A DNA stretch of 64,000 nt, taken from positions 105,064 through 169,063 of the IMG/VR virus record IMGVR_UViG_3300009177_000029; one strand, given 5' to 3'. The notes beneath the pieces were generated by a model, which did no database searches, was not told the DNA's origin, and saw only the letters and a list, made by a program, of their open reading frames with translations. Positions 44,320-53,566 of this stretch are shown here, piece by piece (position 1 is the first letter of the stretch; each line of letters begins with the position of its first letter). The translations under genes and the position numbers were made by a program. This DNA is from a virus (lineage: Duplodnaviria > Heunggongvirae > Uroviricota > Caudoviricetes).

Positions 44320-45392
44320 AATACCTCAATGAAGGCGACAAGCACTACGTACAAGGCTCTGGTAAGAGCCCGTATGAGATTAAGAAGGTCGGTGGTGTGG
44401 TCTCTTGTTCGTGCCCTGCATGGCGCAATCTAGGAGGTTCCATCGACAATCGTGTGTGCAAGCACATCAAGAAGGAAATCGATCCTACTTGTTTGCTGCC
44501 ACAGGCACAGACTCAAGCGGTTGCGTCCGGTAATCCTTTCCCGGCAACTGCACCTAAGGCGACCCTCGCACCATCGCAGCCTAAGGCTGTGGAGGCACCG
44601 CCTCTTCTCTTGGCTCATTCCTTTGAGAATGAGGATCCGACTGGCTGGTGGATGAGCGAAAAGCTCGATGGTGTTCGTGCCTATTGGGACGGTGAGAAGT
44701 TCATCAGCCGATTGGGCAACGAATACCATGCGCCTGCTTGGTTCAAGGCTGCGATGCCGCAAGGTGTGAAGCTTGACGGTGAGTTGTTCATGGGACGGAA
44801 ACGTTTCCAGGAAACCGTATCTACCGTTCGTAAGCTCGTGCCTGATGACAACGAATGGAAGGGCATCATGTACATGGTGTTTGATGTGTTGGATAACCCA
44901 GACACGTTTGAAGCACGTGTGACATACATCAACAAGCTGCGAAATCCACCGCAGCGTGGTGTAGGTGGACAATATCAGAACACAGAATACTGGCTACCTT
45001 TGGGACAACAGAAGTGTAATGGTGTTGACCATCTTCGTGCCGAGCTTGCGCGTGTGGAGGCTCTCGGTGCAGAGGGTCTCATGCTGCGCCAGCCTGGTTC
45101 AAAGTATGAGGCAGGCCGTAGCCATACGCTTCTAAAGGTCAAGTCGTTCTTCGACGCTGAGGCTGTCATCGTCGGGAAAGAGCCAGGTAAGGGCAAGCAC
45201 AAGGGTCGCATGGGCGCACTTGTTTGTCAGATGCCTGACGGCAATACGTTTGCTGTTGGTTCTGGGTTCACAGACAAGCAGCGTGAGAATCCTCCTGCGG
45301 TCGGTACGACTATCACGTATCGATACCAGGAACTCACCAAAGATGGTAAGCCTCGATTTCCAACCTTCGTTTCTGCTAGGGACTACGAATGA
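44316..45392 (+). CDS. ATP-dependent DNA ligase with N-terminal Cys/His zinc-binding region
   Basis: Motif I SEKLDGVRAYW (KxDGxR), III LDGELF, IV/V EGLMLRQPGSKYEAGRSHTLLKVK, VI PRFPTF; N-terminal CSCPAWRN...CKH. Confidence 0.85.
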   Translation: MKYLNEGDKHYVQGSGKSPYEIKKVGGVVSCSCPAWRNLGGSIDNRVCKHIKKEIDPTCLLPQAQTQAVASGNPFPATAPKATLAPSQPKAVEAPPLLLAHSFENEDPTGWWMSEKLDGVRAYWDGEKFISRLGNEYHAPAWFKAAMPQGVKLDGELFMGRKRFQETVSTVRKLVPDDNEWKGIMYMVFDVLDNPDTFEARVTYINKLRNPPQRGVGGQYQNTEYWLPLGQQKCNGVDHLRAELARVEALGAEGLMLRQPGSKYEAGRSHTLLKVKSFFDAEAVIVGKEPGKGKHKGRMGALVCQMPDGNTFAVGSGFTDKQRENPPAVGTTITYRYQELTKDGKPRFPTFVSARDYE

Positions 45393-45646
45393 CTGACCGA
45401 AGTGCAGCGGCTAAGAAAGCCTGGGTGACGATTCGACGCAAGCGTGAGACCAAGAAGCGCATCGAACGCAGCCAGCAAGAAGCCAAGATCAAAGAGTTCA
45501 CACGAGAATCCTTTGCTCTGTTCGCTGTGAACGAGGAAGTGATCTACAACAACAAGCGCACTGTCATCACGGCTGTGCAGCCGGATCGTGTGCAAGTCCG
45601 TGGAAATGCGAACTGGATTTCCATCAACGACGTGAGGGAACTGTGA
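45389..45646 (+). CDS. hypothetical basic protein
   Basis: ORF track 85 aa. Confidence 0.35.
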   Translation: MTDRSAAAKKAWVTIRRKRETKKRIERSQQEAKIKEFTRESFALFAVNEEVIYNNKRTVITAVQPDRVQVRGNANWISINDVREL

Positions 45647-46086
45647 GCTACATCATCTTTTGGTCGATCATCGCTGGCTACGTGCTAGGTTTCGGTCATG
45701 CACGGTTCAGTGACTACGCACTGAGGAACAAGATGTGGCCATACAACAAGCCTGACAACCATGAGCGTGGCATGCTCAACAAAGACGGTCCGTATCGTGA
45801 GCCTGCAAAGGTTCCGTTCATGGTCACTCGGGATCAGCAGCAAGCGCTGGCAGACCTTGGTTACTCCAAGGATCAGCGTTCACAGATGAAGCCTGAGGAA
45901 GTGCACACGATCATCGAGAAGCAGACTGGCCCGAAGGTTGTTCGGAGTGGGCCAAAGCAGTTTCAGGAAGATTGCATCGACTGTGGCACTGTATTCACGT
46001 ACACGTTTGCAGACACGTTCAACACCTTTGGTGGACGTGATGTAAAGTGTCCGAGTTGCGGAAAGCACAACATTCATCTAGCTTGA
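45643..46086 (+). CDS. hypothetical protein with N-terminal TM helix and C-terminal zinc ribbon
   Basis: YIIFWSIIAGYVLGF; CIDCG...CPSCGKH. Confidence 0.35.
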   Translation: MSYIIFWSIIAGYVLGFGHARFSDYALRNKMWPYNKPDNHERGMLNKDGPYREPAKVPFMVTRDQQQALADLGYSKDQRSQMKPEEVHTIIEKQTGPKVVRSGPKQFQEDCIDCGTVFTYTFADTFNTFGGRDVKCPSCGKHNIHLA

Positions 46087-46298
46087 GTTCACCCGGTCGC
46101 TGGATCCTGTGAGCGCGCTCATGGGTCGCTTGCGCATCATCGAGGCTGATTTAGTTCAAAGCGACTGTCAGTCTGCACAGTAGGCCGCCAGGTGCACTGA
46201 GGAGACAAGAGTAACGTTCCTTGTGGGTGCAGTGAAAGCAACGGTTCTACACTTGGTGTTGTTATCCTGGTTCGATTCCGGGAGGCTGGATAGGAGAA

Positions 46299-47705
46299 AT
46301 GACAATGCGTTCAAACCTGATTCTCGATACGGATAGCTACAAGGCAAGTCATGAGGGTATGTACCCGCCTGGCATGGACAGCATGTTCTCCTACTTGGAG
46401 AGTCGTGGTGGTCTGTACAAGCACACGGTGTTCTTCGGGTTGCAGTATCTTCTCCGCGAGTATCTCTCCACTCCGATCACGCCTGCGGATGTGATCGAGG
46501 CGGAAATGTTCTTCAAGGACCATGGCGAGCCGTTCAACGCTGGTCCGTGGAACAAGTGCATCGAGAAGTTCGGTGGCTATCTGCCGATCATCATTCGTGC
46601 CGTCGAAGAGGGAACCGTAGTTCCTACGCACAACATCCTCATGAGTGTCGAGTCCTCGGGCAAGGACCCTGAGGTTGCGTCAATCGTTTCCTACATGGAG
46701 ACGATGCTCATGCGCATGTGGTATCCCATCACGGTGGCTACCACGAGCTACGAGTGCAAGCGTGTCATCATGCGGCACCTCAAGAAGACATCGGATGACC
46801 CGAAGGCCGAGATTGGCTTCAAGCTTCACGACTTCGGTGGGCGTGGTGTATCGTCGAGGGAAAGCGCCGGGATTGGTGGCGCTGCGCACCTTGCGAACTT
46901 CATGGGCAGTGATACGGTCGAGGGCATTCGCCTTGCGAACCTCGTGTACCACTCGCAGATGAGTGGTTTCAGCATCCCTGCAACCGAGCACTCTACCATT
47001 ACCTCTTGGGGTCGAGACAAGGAAGACGAAGCCTATGCGAACCTCGTCAAGCGCTTCTGCAAGCCCGGTGCACTCGTCGCCTGTGTCTCGGATTCGTATG
47101 ACCTGTACCGCGTTGTGGAACAGGTTTGGGGAGGTGACATTGGTCGAATGGTTGAGAGTAGTGGTGCTACTCTGGTCATTCGCCCTGATAGTGGAGACCC
47201 TGCGAGTGTTGTGTGTAATGTGCTCGACCTGATGAAGCGCAAGGTTGGCATGAGCATGAACAGCAAGGGTTACTACGTCCTTCCGAAGCACTTCCGCATC
47301 ATTCAGGGAGACGGCGTGAATCCTGTGTCCATCGACGAGATTCTCACGAAGATGGAACTCAGCGGTTACAGTGGCACGAACATCGCGTTTGGCATGGGTG
47401 GCGCACTGCTACAGAAGGTCGACCGTGATACGCAGAAGTTTGCGTACAAGTGTTCGTCCTGCACTGTGAACGGTGTCAAGCGTGACGTGTTCAAGGATCC
47501 GGTCACGGATCATGGCAAGATGAGCAAGCGCGGTGAGCTTGACCTCATCGAGAACGAGCGCGGTGACTTTCAGACGGTCACGCGTACGAGTCTCACGGAC
47601 GACAAGAGTCTACTCAAGGTCGTCTACAAGCCCGGCTTGATCGTACTCAACCAGGATCTGCAATCGATTCGCGGACGTATCGATGCAGCTCTAGATCAAG
47701 AGTAA
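46299..47705 (+). CDS. nadV: nicotinamide phosphoribosyltransferase
   Basis: N-terminal LILDTDSYKASH signature of NAMPT/NadV family, 468 aa, GGG/RPDSGD segments. Confidence 0.85.
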   Translation: MTMRSNLILDTDSYKASHEGMYPPGMDSMFSYLESRGGLYKHTVFFGLQYLLREYLSTPITPADVIEAEMFFKDHGEPFNAGPWNKCIEKFGGYLPIIIRAVEEGTVVPTHNILMSVESSGKDPEVASIVSYMETMLMRMWYPITVATTSYECKRVIMRHLKKTSDDPKAEIGFKLHDFGGRGVSSRESAGIGGAAHLANFMGSDTVEGIRLANLVYHSQMSGFSIPATEHSTITSWGRDKEDEAYANLVKRFCKPGALVACVSDSYDLYRVVEQVWGGDIGRMVESSGATLVIRPDSGDPASVVCNVLDLMKRKVGMSMNSKGYYVLPKHFRIIQGDGVNPVSIDEILTKMELSGYSGTNIAFGMGGALLQKVDRDTQKFAYKCSSCTVNGVKRDVFKDPVTDHGKMSKRGELDLIENERGDFQTVTRTSLTDDKSLLKVVYKPGLIVLNQDLQSIRGRIDAALDQE

Positions 47706-47706
47706 C

Positions 47707-47880
47707 ATGAAAGCCCACTCGTGGACACCCATTCCGGTTGGTAAACGAGCGAAAACAACATTGAACTGGCCCATGTGCTCCGCATGTGGGCTTGTTCGCT
47801 TGAAGAACTCTGCTACAGAACGCGCGGTACGTGAACCGTGTGACCCAGAAGGCGAACTCAAGAAAGGTAAGAAGCGATGA
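47707..47880 (+). CDS. small Cys-containing protein (57 aa)
   Basis: Reading frame ending in ATGA overlap with next gene; CSACG motif. Confidence 0.25.
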   Translation: MKAHSWTPIPVGKRAKTTLNWPMCSACGLVRLKNSATERAVREPCDPEGELKKGKKR

Positions 47881-48287
47881 CTACGTATCGCGAAGACAGC
47901 AGAGCCGAAGAAATCAAGGCACTGACTGCAAGGCTTACGCACGCGAATAACTTGCTTCGTAACAAAGAAGCAAGGGTTGTCCAACTAGAGGCATCCAATC
48001 AGAGTCTTGAACAACAGATCCGTGAGACGGACCATACGCGTAGAGACCGGATGGAACGAATCGTACAGTATTCGAAAGCTTTCACGGCTCTCTGTCTCAC
48101 CGTGTCTGTTTGCTTGTTTAGCCGTGGTTGTATGGACTCTATCACAGAGCACGATACGCAAGAACAAGTGGAAGCGGCTGCTCGATGTTCGCGGGTGTGT
48201 GAGCTAAGTCATGCGGAAGTGTTGACTTGTCGTGCACAATGGGTATCGTGTATTGACGATACTCACGTTGAAGGCCATCAGTTCTGA
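47877..48287 (+). CDS. hypothetical coiled-coil protein
   Basis: ORF track 136 aa. Confidence 0.35.
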   Translation: MTTYREDSRAEEIKALTARLTHANNLLRNKEARVVQLEASNQSLEQQIRETDHTRRDRMERIVQYSKAFTALCLTVSVCLFSRGCMDSITEHDTQEQVEAAARCSRVCELSHAEVLTCRAQWVSCIDDTHVEGHQF

Positions 48288-48294
48288 GGAAACC

Positions 48295-49401
48295 ATGAAT
48301 CTCGAAAAGCTTCGTGATAGTGCGGTCCCGCCTCGCGTCTATGTGATTGCGACGGGAGCCGGGTCTTCCATCCAGCAAAAGCTTTGGCGCCTTCCTGGCG
48401 CCAGCAAGTATCTCGTGGGCGCACAGTTCCCGTATGCTTGCGAAGCTACTCAAGAAGTATTGGGCTTCAAGCCTGACCACTTCGTGAGCGTCGAGACGGC
48501 CATCGCGCTTGCACAACGCGCCTACTACCATGCACTGGCTGCGAAGCGTCCTGGGGCTGCTGTGGGCCTGGGAATGACGTGTTCTGTGGCCAGTCTCGAA
48601 GAGCATCGTGGCGAGCACCGTATTATCACTGCGGTGGTAACTGACAACGTTTGTTTGTACGAAGAGTTTCCGCTCAAGAAGGGCGTCGGAAAGAAGACTC
48701 GTGCAGACGATGATGAGGCTGCTGAGGGCACGGCTCTTGCCATGCTTGCAACGGCACTCGGTCAGACGGTCAACGAGGACATCGCGCCTGTGGATGGCCA
48801 GGCTCTAGGTCGAAAGGTTTGGTTCGAGCGTCCACTTCATGTGCATGGCGCGTGTTCTGGTGTTCCGCTGAATGGTACACCGAAGCGTCCTGGTGCGCGA
48901 TTGTTGTTCGTGCCAGGTGCGTTCAACCCACTACACGAGGGTCACGAAAACCTGATTCATGCTGCGAAGTTGACCAGCGGAAGAGAGCCGATTCTGTCCA
49001 TCACGGCCAATCCACCGCACAAGCCGCACTTGACAGTACCTGAAATGATCGCTAAGGTACGACACCTGAAAGACCACGCAGTCTACTTCAACCAGGATCC
49101 ACTGTTCATCGATCAGGCGCGTCGCTTTCCTGGCGCAGCGTTTGCAATCGGTGCTGATGCGATGCATCGCATGCTCGACCCCAAGTGGTGTCCTGTTGAG
49201 CCCATGCTTGAGGAGTTCAAGCAGCTCGATACCAAGTTCTATGTCAGTTCACGACTCGTCGGAACTGAGTACATGGACTCTCTGGAAGTTCTGCGTGCCC
49301 ACAACATGAGCCTAAAGTATGTGGGCATGTTCCATGGAGTCGAAGTGCCACGTCTAGACATTTCTTCAACCCAAATCCGCAACGCACAAACGAAAGAGTG
49401 A
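48295..49401 (+). CDS. nicotinamide-nucleotide adenylyltransferase domain protein (C-terminal NMNAT; N-terminal domain unknown)
   Basis: FVPGAFNPLHEGHENL (HxGH nucleotidyltransferase motif) with downstream ISSTQIR; SD tgaggaaacc. Confidence 0.55.
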   Translation: MNLEKLRDSAVPPRVYVIATGAGSSIQQKLWRLPGASKYLVGAQFPYACEATQEVLGFKPDHFVSVETAIALAQRAYYHALAAKRPGAAVGLGMTCSVASLEEHRGEHRIITAVVTDNVCLYEEFPLKKGVGKKTRADDDEAAEGTALAMLATALGQTVNEDIAPVDGQALGRKVWFERPLHVHGACSGVPLNGTPKRPGARLLFVPGAFNPLHEGHENLIHAAKLTSGREPILSITANPPHKPHLTVPEMIAKVRHLKDHAVYFNQDPLFIDQARRFPGAAFAIGADAMHRMLDPKWCPVEPMLEEFKQLDTKFYVSSRLVGTEYMDSLEVLRAHNMSLKYVGMFHGVEVPRLDISSTQIRNAQTKE

Positions 49402-49404
49402 ACC

Positions 49405-49629
49405 ATGGCAGCCGATAAGAAGACTCAGGTCGATGATCCTCACCGCCATCGCGTCTCTGGAATCAGTGGACGCACCGCAGGCAAGATGCACCGTCAGTTC
49501 CGTGCAAAGCCTTCGAGCGAGCGTCGTGGCCTTCGTCAGAAGGTTGCGCTTCGTCCCATGGGCAAGGGCCGTTTCGCGAACGGCTGCAAGTACAGCACGA
49601 TGGCTGGCGAACCGATCCCGGGGTGCTGA
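49405..49629 (+). CDS. hypothetical basic protein
   Basis: ORF track 74 aa. Confidence 0.3.
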   Translation: MAADKKTQVDDPHRHRVSGISGRTAGKMHRQFRAKPSSERRGLRQKVALRPMGKGRFANGCKYSTMAGEPIPGC

Positions 49630-49630
49630 A

Positions 49631-49834
49631 ATGCTTCTCACTGCACGTGAACAGCAACTCATGCTCTTCGCAGTTCGTGCTGGCTACTTTGCCGGCATGA
49701 GTCGCGAAAAGACTTCTGACGAAGTGTTGATCAAGAAGGCGACGGATTACTTCGTCAAGGTCAACACGCCCGTCGAAGGCAACAACATTTCCAAGGCTCC
49801 TACCAACAACGACCACGAACAGGACGGTAACTGA
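49631..49834 (+). CDS. hypothetical protein
   Basis: Met just after previous stop; internal part of ORF 49433..49834. Confidence 0.3.
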   Translation: MLLTAREQQLMLFAVRAGYFAGMSREKTSDEVLIKKATDYFVKVNTPVEGNNISKAPTNNDHEQDGN

Positions 49835-50112
49835 TGGAAACCATGCAGCAACTTCGCAACGCTCATCGTCTCGCGACCCTCAGCAAGCGCATCGAGACGA
49901 AGGGCGACGGCAAGAAGGTCAAGACGGTCACCCGTATCTCCAACATCACGCTCAAGGCTTTCGCAGAGCAGAATGGTGTGGCGGGGATCATCACTCGCGC
50001 TCACCAGGCCGCGAACAAGCCTCGCTCTCCGGAGAAGAAGGAACGCACGCGAGCCGCCTCGACTGCCAAGAAGACGAAGAAGGACAAGAAGTCTTCCACG
50101 GTGACGAAGTGA
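49834..50112 (+). CDS. hypothetical protein with lysine-rich C-terminal tail
   Basis: ORF track; KKERTRAASTAKKTKKDKKSS. Confidence 0.35.
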   Translation: METMQQLRNAHRLATLSKRIETKGDGKKVKTVTRISNITLKAFAEQNGVAGIITRAHQAANKPRSPEKKERTRAASTAKKTKKDKKSSTVTK

Positions 50113-50606
50113 GAACATACCTTTTCGTGGTGCCACAGCAAGCGTCTGTGAACCATCACGACTTCAAGGACAAGCTGATTGCCGAGAATGTCAAGATTCT
50201 CAAGGGAGAAGAGTTCCCGGCAACAGCTTTCCTGAGCGTGAAGGATCTCATTGGTGACCCCAATGTGCACCTTTCGGACAGTCTGTGTGCAAAGCTTGTG
50301 CCTCGCAACGACTGCAATGTGTTGAAGCGTGAGCCCGTACTGGACGAGCACGGCACGCAGCGGCACATCAAGGCTGAGCTTCTCTGGCACTATTCCTGGG
50401 GTGACCAGGATATCTCGTCTCTTCCGCAGGATCTGCTGGAAGCGATAGCATGGGACTTGCACGACCACCCTAACTTCGTGCACTTGTGTGTCGTCGATGA
50501 CACTCCTGAAAAAGTCCTTGACGAGTCAGAAGAGGAAGAGTATGATTCTTCCTCGAACGACGAATCGCCCGTAGAAACAGCCGAAAACGAGGAACATCAT
50601 GAGTGA
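50109..50606 (+). CDS. hypothetical protein with acidic tail
   Basis: ORF track 165 aa. Confidence 0.35.
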   Translation: MRTYLFVVPQQASVNHHDFKDKLIAENVKILKGEEFPATAFLSVKDLIGDPNVHLSDSLCAKLVPRNDCNVLKREPVLDEHGTQRHIKAELLWHYSWGDQDISSLPQDLLEAIAWDLHDHPNFVHLCVVDDTPEKVLDESEEEEYDSSSNDESPVETAENEEHHE

Positions 50607-50949
50607 AGATCAGAACTGTGAATGTGGTGACCCGGAATGCGGAAACGGCAAGGAAGCCTCTTGGGAAGAGGGCGTCAACGACGTCTTCGACAAGGCTTTC
50701 GACTCCATCGAGGAGTTGGTGAACCGCGGTGAGAAGCCCATCGCACTCTGCATCTTCTCGATCAGTGAGAAGGGAAACCTGGTCTATGAAACGGCCGGTA
50801 TTGGTCCTTCCGCCATGACCGCGATGCTTCTGTCCGAGTGTTGTCTACAGGTGAGCGATCGCCTGGAAGAGCAGGCGCTAGCAACGCCTGGCTTCAAGGA
50901 CATGCTGGCAAAGATGGAGTCTGCTGAGAAGCAGACGTCGAAGAGCTGA
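50599..50949 (+). CDS. hypothetical protein
   Basis: ORF track 116 aa. Confidence 0.35.
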   Translation: MSEDQNCECGDPECGNGKEASWEEGVNDVFDKAFDSIEELVNRGEKPIALCIFSISEKGNLVYETAGIGPSAMTAMLLSECCLQVSDRLEEQALATPGFKDMLAKMESAEKQTSKS

Positions 50950-50996
50950 AACAGAGAACCCTAACCCAAACCAAGAAACAAGAAAAGAGAAATACC

Positions 50997-51383
50997 ATGA
51001 CCACCGAGAACACGACCGAGACGACCACGACGACTGTTGACATCAACGCCCTCATCGCCACGATGAACGCCCGCAAGGCTGACGTCGAGACGGCACAGCT
51101 CGCCTACGAGGCTGCGCTTCGTGAGGTTGCAACCGTCAAGCCGACGTTCCAGATCGGCGACCAGTGGTACCAGATTCGCCACCGCAAGGATTCGAAGCTG
51201 GGCCGCCCGCTGACGTACATCTGTGAGCTGGATGCCGAGCCCAAGACGTGGCTTGGTGGCAAGCGTGGCCCGCGCACCACGGCGACCGCTTCGGCGCCTG
51301 CGGCAGAGGCGACCATGCAGCACGTGGCTGATGGTGTCGCAGCAGAGGCCGAGACGAGCGAGACCGTCGTCGTCATCGACTGA
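50997..51383 (+). CDS. hypothetical protein
   Basis: ORF track 128 aa. Confidence 0.35.
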   Translation: MTTENTTETTTTTVDINALIATMNARKADVETAQLAYEAALREVATVKPTFQIGDQWYQIRHRKDSKLGRPLTYICELDAEPKTWLGGKRGPRTTATASAPAAEATMQHVADGVAAEAETSETVVVID

Positions 51384-51388
51384 TCCTA

Positions 51389-51417
51389 GAGGGCTCAAGT
51401 CACAAGCTTGAGCCCTC
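51389..51417 (+). terminator. 11-bp perfect stem-loop gagggctcaag-N7-cttgagccctc after gene 50997..51383
   Basis: Seen directly; no U-tract; 10-mer gagggctcaa recurs at 51583. Confidence 0.4.
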
Positions 51418-51615
51418 ACTTCTAAGTAGTAGGCTGGTGTCAAGGAGGCGGTCTGTGGCGAGTTACATGCCTGATCTGACACTGGTGATGGGCGCATGGC
51501 CACATCCTAACACTGACACTCGCGCAGGGCGTTCGTGCCCGTAAACGTGCGGGTCCGTGAAGGGACTGATTTGCTCTACTGCTTAGAGTTGAGGGCTCAA
51601 CAACAAAGGAAACAT

Positions 51616-51966
51616 ATGGCTGCTCATCTACATGAACTGTTCTATCGCTGCAAGAACGAAGACGGCACGGTCACCCTGACACTCTTCTCAAGTCTCTCCC
51701 GCAACTCTACGGAGTGTGGAGGTGACCTTCTCAAGCTCATCGATGGGCTTGCGAAAGAGAAAAAGCACCTGACGGAGAGTCGCGACGCCATCCTCTACAA
51801 GATCGACGGTGTTTGCGAGTACATGATTTCTCGTGAGTTCTATCTTTGGCCCAACAACGAGGGAAACCATGACCGAAAGAATCCTGGCAAGGGACAGCAG
51901 AGGCGCGACCGCTACGAATCACGAGGTTCGAGAAGCCCTCGCCCACCTCAGCCACGAGCAGCTTGA
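51616..51966 (+). CDS. hypothetical protein (3' end may be frameshifted into next ORF)
   Basis: SD aaaggaaaca; C-terminal ~45 aa looks like wrong-frame translation of overlapping ORF 51833..52042. Confidence 0.3.
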   Translation: MAAHLHELFYRCKNEDGTVTLTLFSSLSRNSTECGGDLLKLIDGLAKEKKHLTESRDAILYKIDGVCEYMISREFYLWPNNEGNHDRKNPGKGQQRRDRYESRGSRSPRPPQPRAA

Positions 51967-52042
51967 TCGCTACTGGCGGGCAGTGAAGGTGTGGTTCAAT
52001 CCGCAGTCGAAGACCTTCGAGTTCGAAGACAGGAACGTCTGA
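51833..52042 (+). CDS. hypothetical protein
   Basis: ORF track 69 aa, overlaps previous by 134 nt. Confidence 0.3.
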   Translation: MSSIFGPTTRETMTERILARDSRGATATNHEVREALAHLSHEQLDRYWRAVKVWFNPQSKTFEFEDRNV

Positions 52043-52248
52043 TGGTCCTCCTAGACTTGATTGTCGCCGTGATTGCTACAGTCGTGATCTTTTCCCTTGG
52101 ATTCGGAATCTCCAAGGCACACAGTCGTACTCTTCAACGAGAGTATGAGCGCGGTGTCTTGGATGGGCAGAACAAGGCAGAAGCTTACGTGCATTCCGTT
52201 GTGAGAGAAGTGCTAACCCAGGAACTCAAGAAGGATATCTACCGATGA
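52042..52248 (+). CDS. small membrane protein
   Basis: TGATG overlap; LLDLIVAVIATVVIFSLGFGI helix. Confidence 0.3.
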   Translation: MVLLDLIVAVIATVVIFSLGFGISKAHSRTLQREYERGVLDGQNKAEAYVHSVVREVLTQELKKDIYR

Positions 52249-53108
52249 ACAAGATGCTCATGATTCTTTTGGTCGCTCTCAGTTCCCTCATGGCCATTGG
52301 CTGTGGATGTACTACGGTCGCTCCGGGTACGGTCGGAATCGCAGTGGGCTGGAATGGTGTGGATGACAACATCCGTCATCCGGGTATGGTGGTGTACAAT
52401 CCCATCACTACCAGCATCCTTCCGATGAGCACGCAGACCGAGGTCTACGAGATGGCTGGACAGGACAGCATCCATGTGCTCACGCAGGATCAGCTTTCGG
52501 TGGACTTGGAGGTCACTGTCTCGTTCCACTTGAATGAGACCGACGCCGTTCAGGTGTACACGCTCTACAGTGCGGACTATGCGGGTCGTATCATCCACCC
52601 GATTGTTCGTACCGCAGTTCGTGACGCTGCGTCGCAATCCACGGCACTCGCACTGGTGGATCACCGTGATGAGCTACAGGCTCGCATGGAGTCTATGGTG
52701 CATGACCAGATTGTGTCCACTCTATCAAGTCGTGGTCTACCGGCAGACAGCTTTGTCGTGGAGAACGTGCTTCTTCGCAACATCGACTTGCCGCAGAGTC
52801 TGGACGACAGTATTGCAGCCGTCCAGCAGCAGCACCAAGCCACGCAGCGTCAGTTGGAGCTACAGGCTACTGCAACGGCAGAGGCTGAGAGTGCTCGCAT
52901 CCGAGCCGAAGGTGCTGCACGTGCAGCAGTTGCCGCAGCACAGGGTCAGGCGGATGCAAACCGTCTTCTCGCCCAGAGCTTGACGCCTGCGGTTCTTGAG
53001 TCTCGTCGGATCGAGCTGACTGGACAGCTTCTCGCGAACGAGCACACCCGTACGATCGTTCTCCCAAGCGGAACTACGCCGCTTTTGCAAATGGCCTCTG
53101 ATCAGTGA
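52245..53108 (+). CDS. SPFH/band-7 (HflC/K-, YqiK-like) lipoprotein
   Basis: Signal/lipobox LMAIGCGC; SPFH core and Ala/Glu/Gln-rich coiled coil EAESARIRAEGAARAAVAAAQGQADANRLLAQSL. Confidence 0.6.
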   Translation: MNKMLMILLVALSSLMAIGCGCTTVAPGTVGIAVGWNGVDDNIRHPGMVVYNPITTSILPMSTQTEVYEMAGQDSIHVLTQDQLSVDLEVTVSFHLNETDAVQVYTLYSADYAGRIIHPIVRTAVRDAASQSTALALVDHRDELQARMESMVHDQIVSTLSSRGLPADSFVVENVLLRNIDLPQSLDDSIAAVQQQHQATQRQLELQATATAEAESARIRAEGAARAAVAAAQGQADANRLLAQSLTPAVLESRRIELTGQLLANEHTRTIVLPSGTTPLLQMASDQ

Positions 53109-53131
53109 ACAACAAGAAAGGAAAGTGAAAC

Positions 53132-53566
53132 ATGGCAATCAAGCGATACACGAAGGATAGCAAGGACGTTCTCATTCTGCGAGCATGTGCGCCGGACATG
53201 ACGAGCCGTGATGGCTTCAAGTACCCGCGTCGTGGCCCGGTGTCGGATGTCTCCGGACAGTTCGTACGGAACACGAGCTGTGGCAATGGTTTGCACGGAT
53301 GGTTGTGGGGTCGTGGCGCACGAGACGTCATTCCGCACTACGCGCGTCCTGTTGGCAAGTGGCTCGTGCTACGTGTTGAGCGCAACACGGTGTGCGGCTT
53401 GGGCGGAAAGGTCAAGTTTCCGCGAGGCTCCGTCGTGTTCTGTGGAACGAAGCGTGAAGCTGGCGCGTACATCCGCGCTCGTCGTCCACTAGAGCATGAC
53501 TTTAATGTCTACGGTCACATTGATCGTGGCATGGAGATCTCTCCGAGCGGCGGTGACAAGTTCTGA
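53132..53566 (+). CDS. hypothetical protein
   Basis: ORF track 144 aa; SD aaaggaaagtg. Confidence 0.35.
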   Translation: MAIKRYTKDSKDVLILRACAPDMTSRDGFKYPRRGPVSDVSGQFVRNTSCGNGLHGWLWGRGARDVIPHYARPVGKWLVLRVERNTVCGLGGKVKFPRGSVVFCGTKREAGAYIRARRPLEHDFNVYGHIDRGMEISPSGGDKF

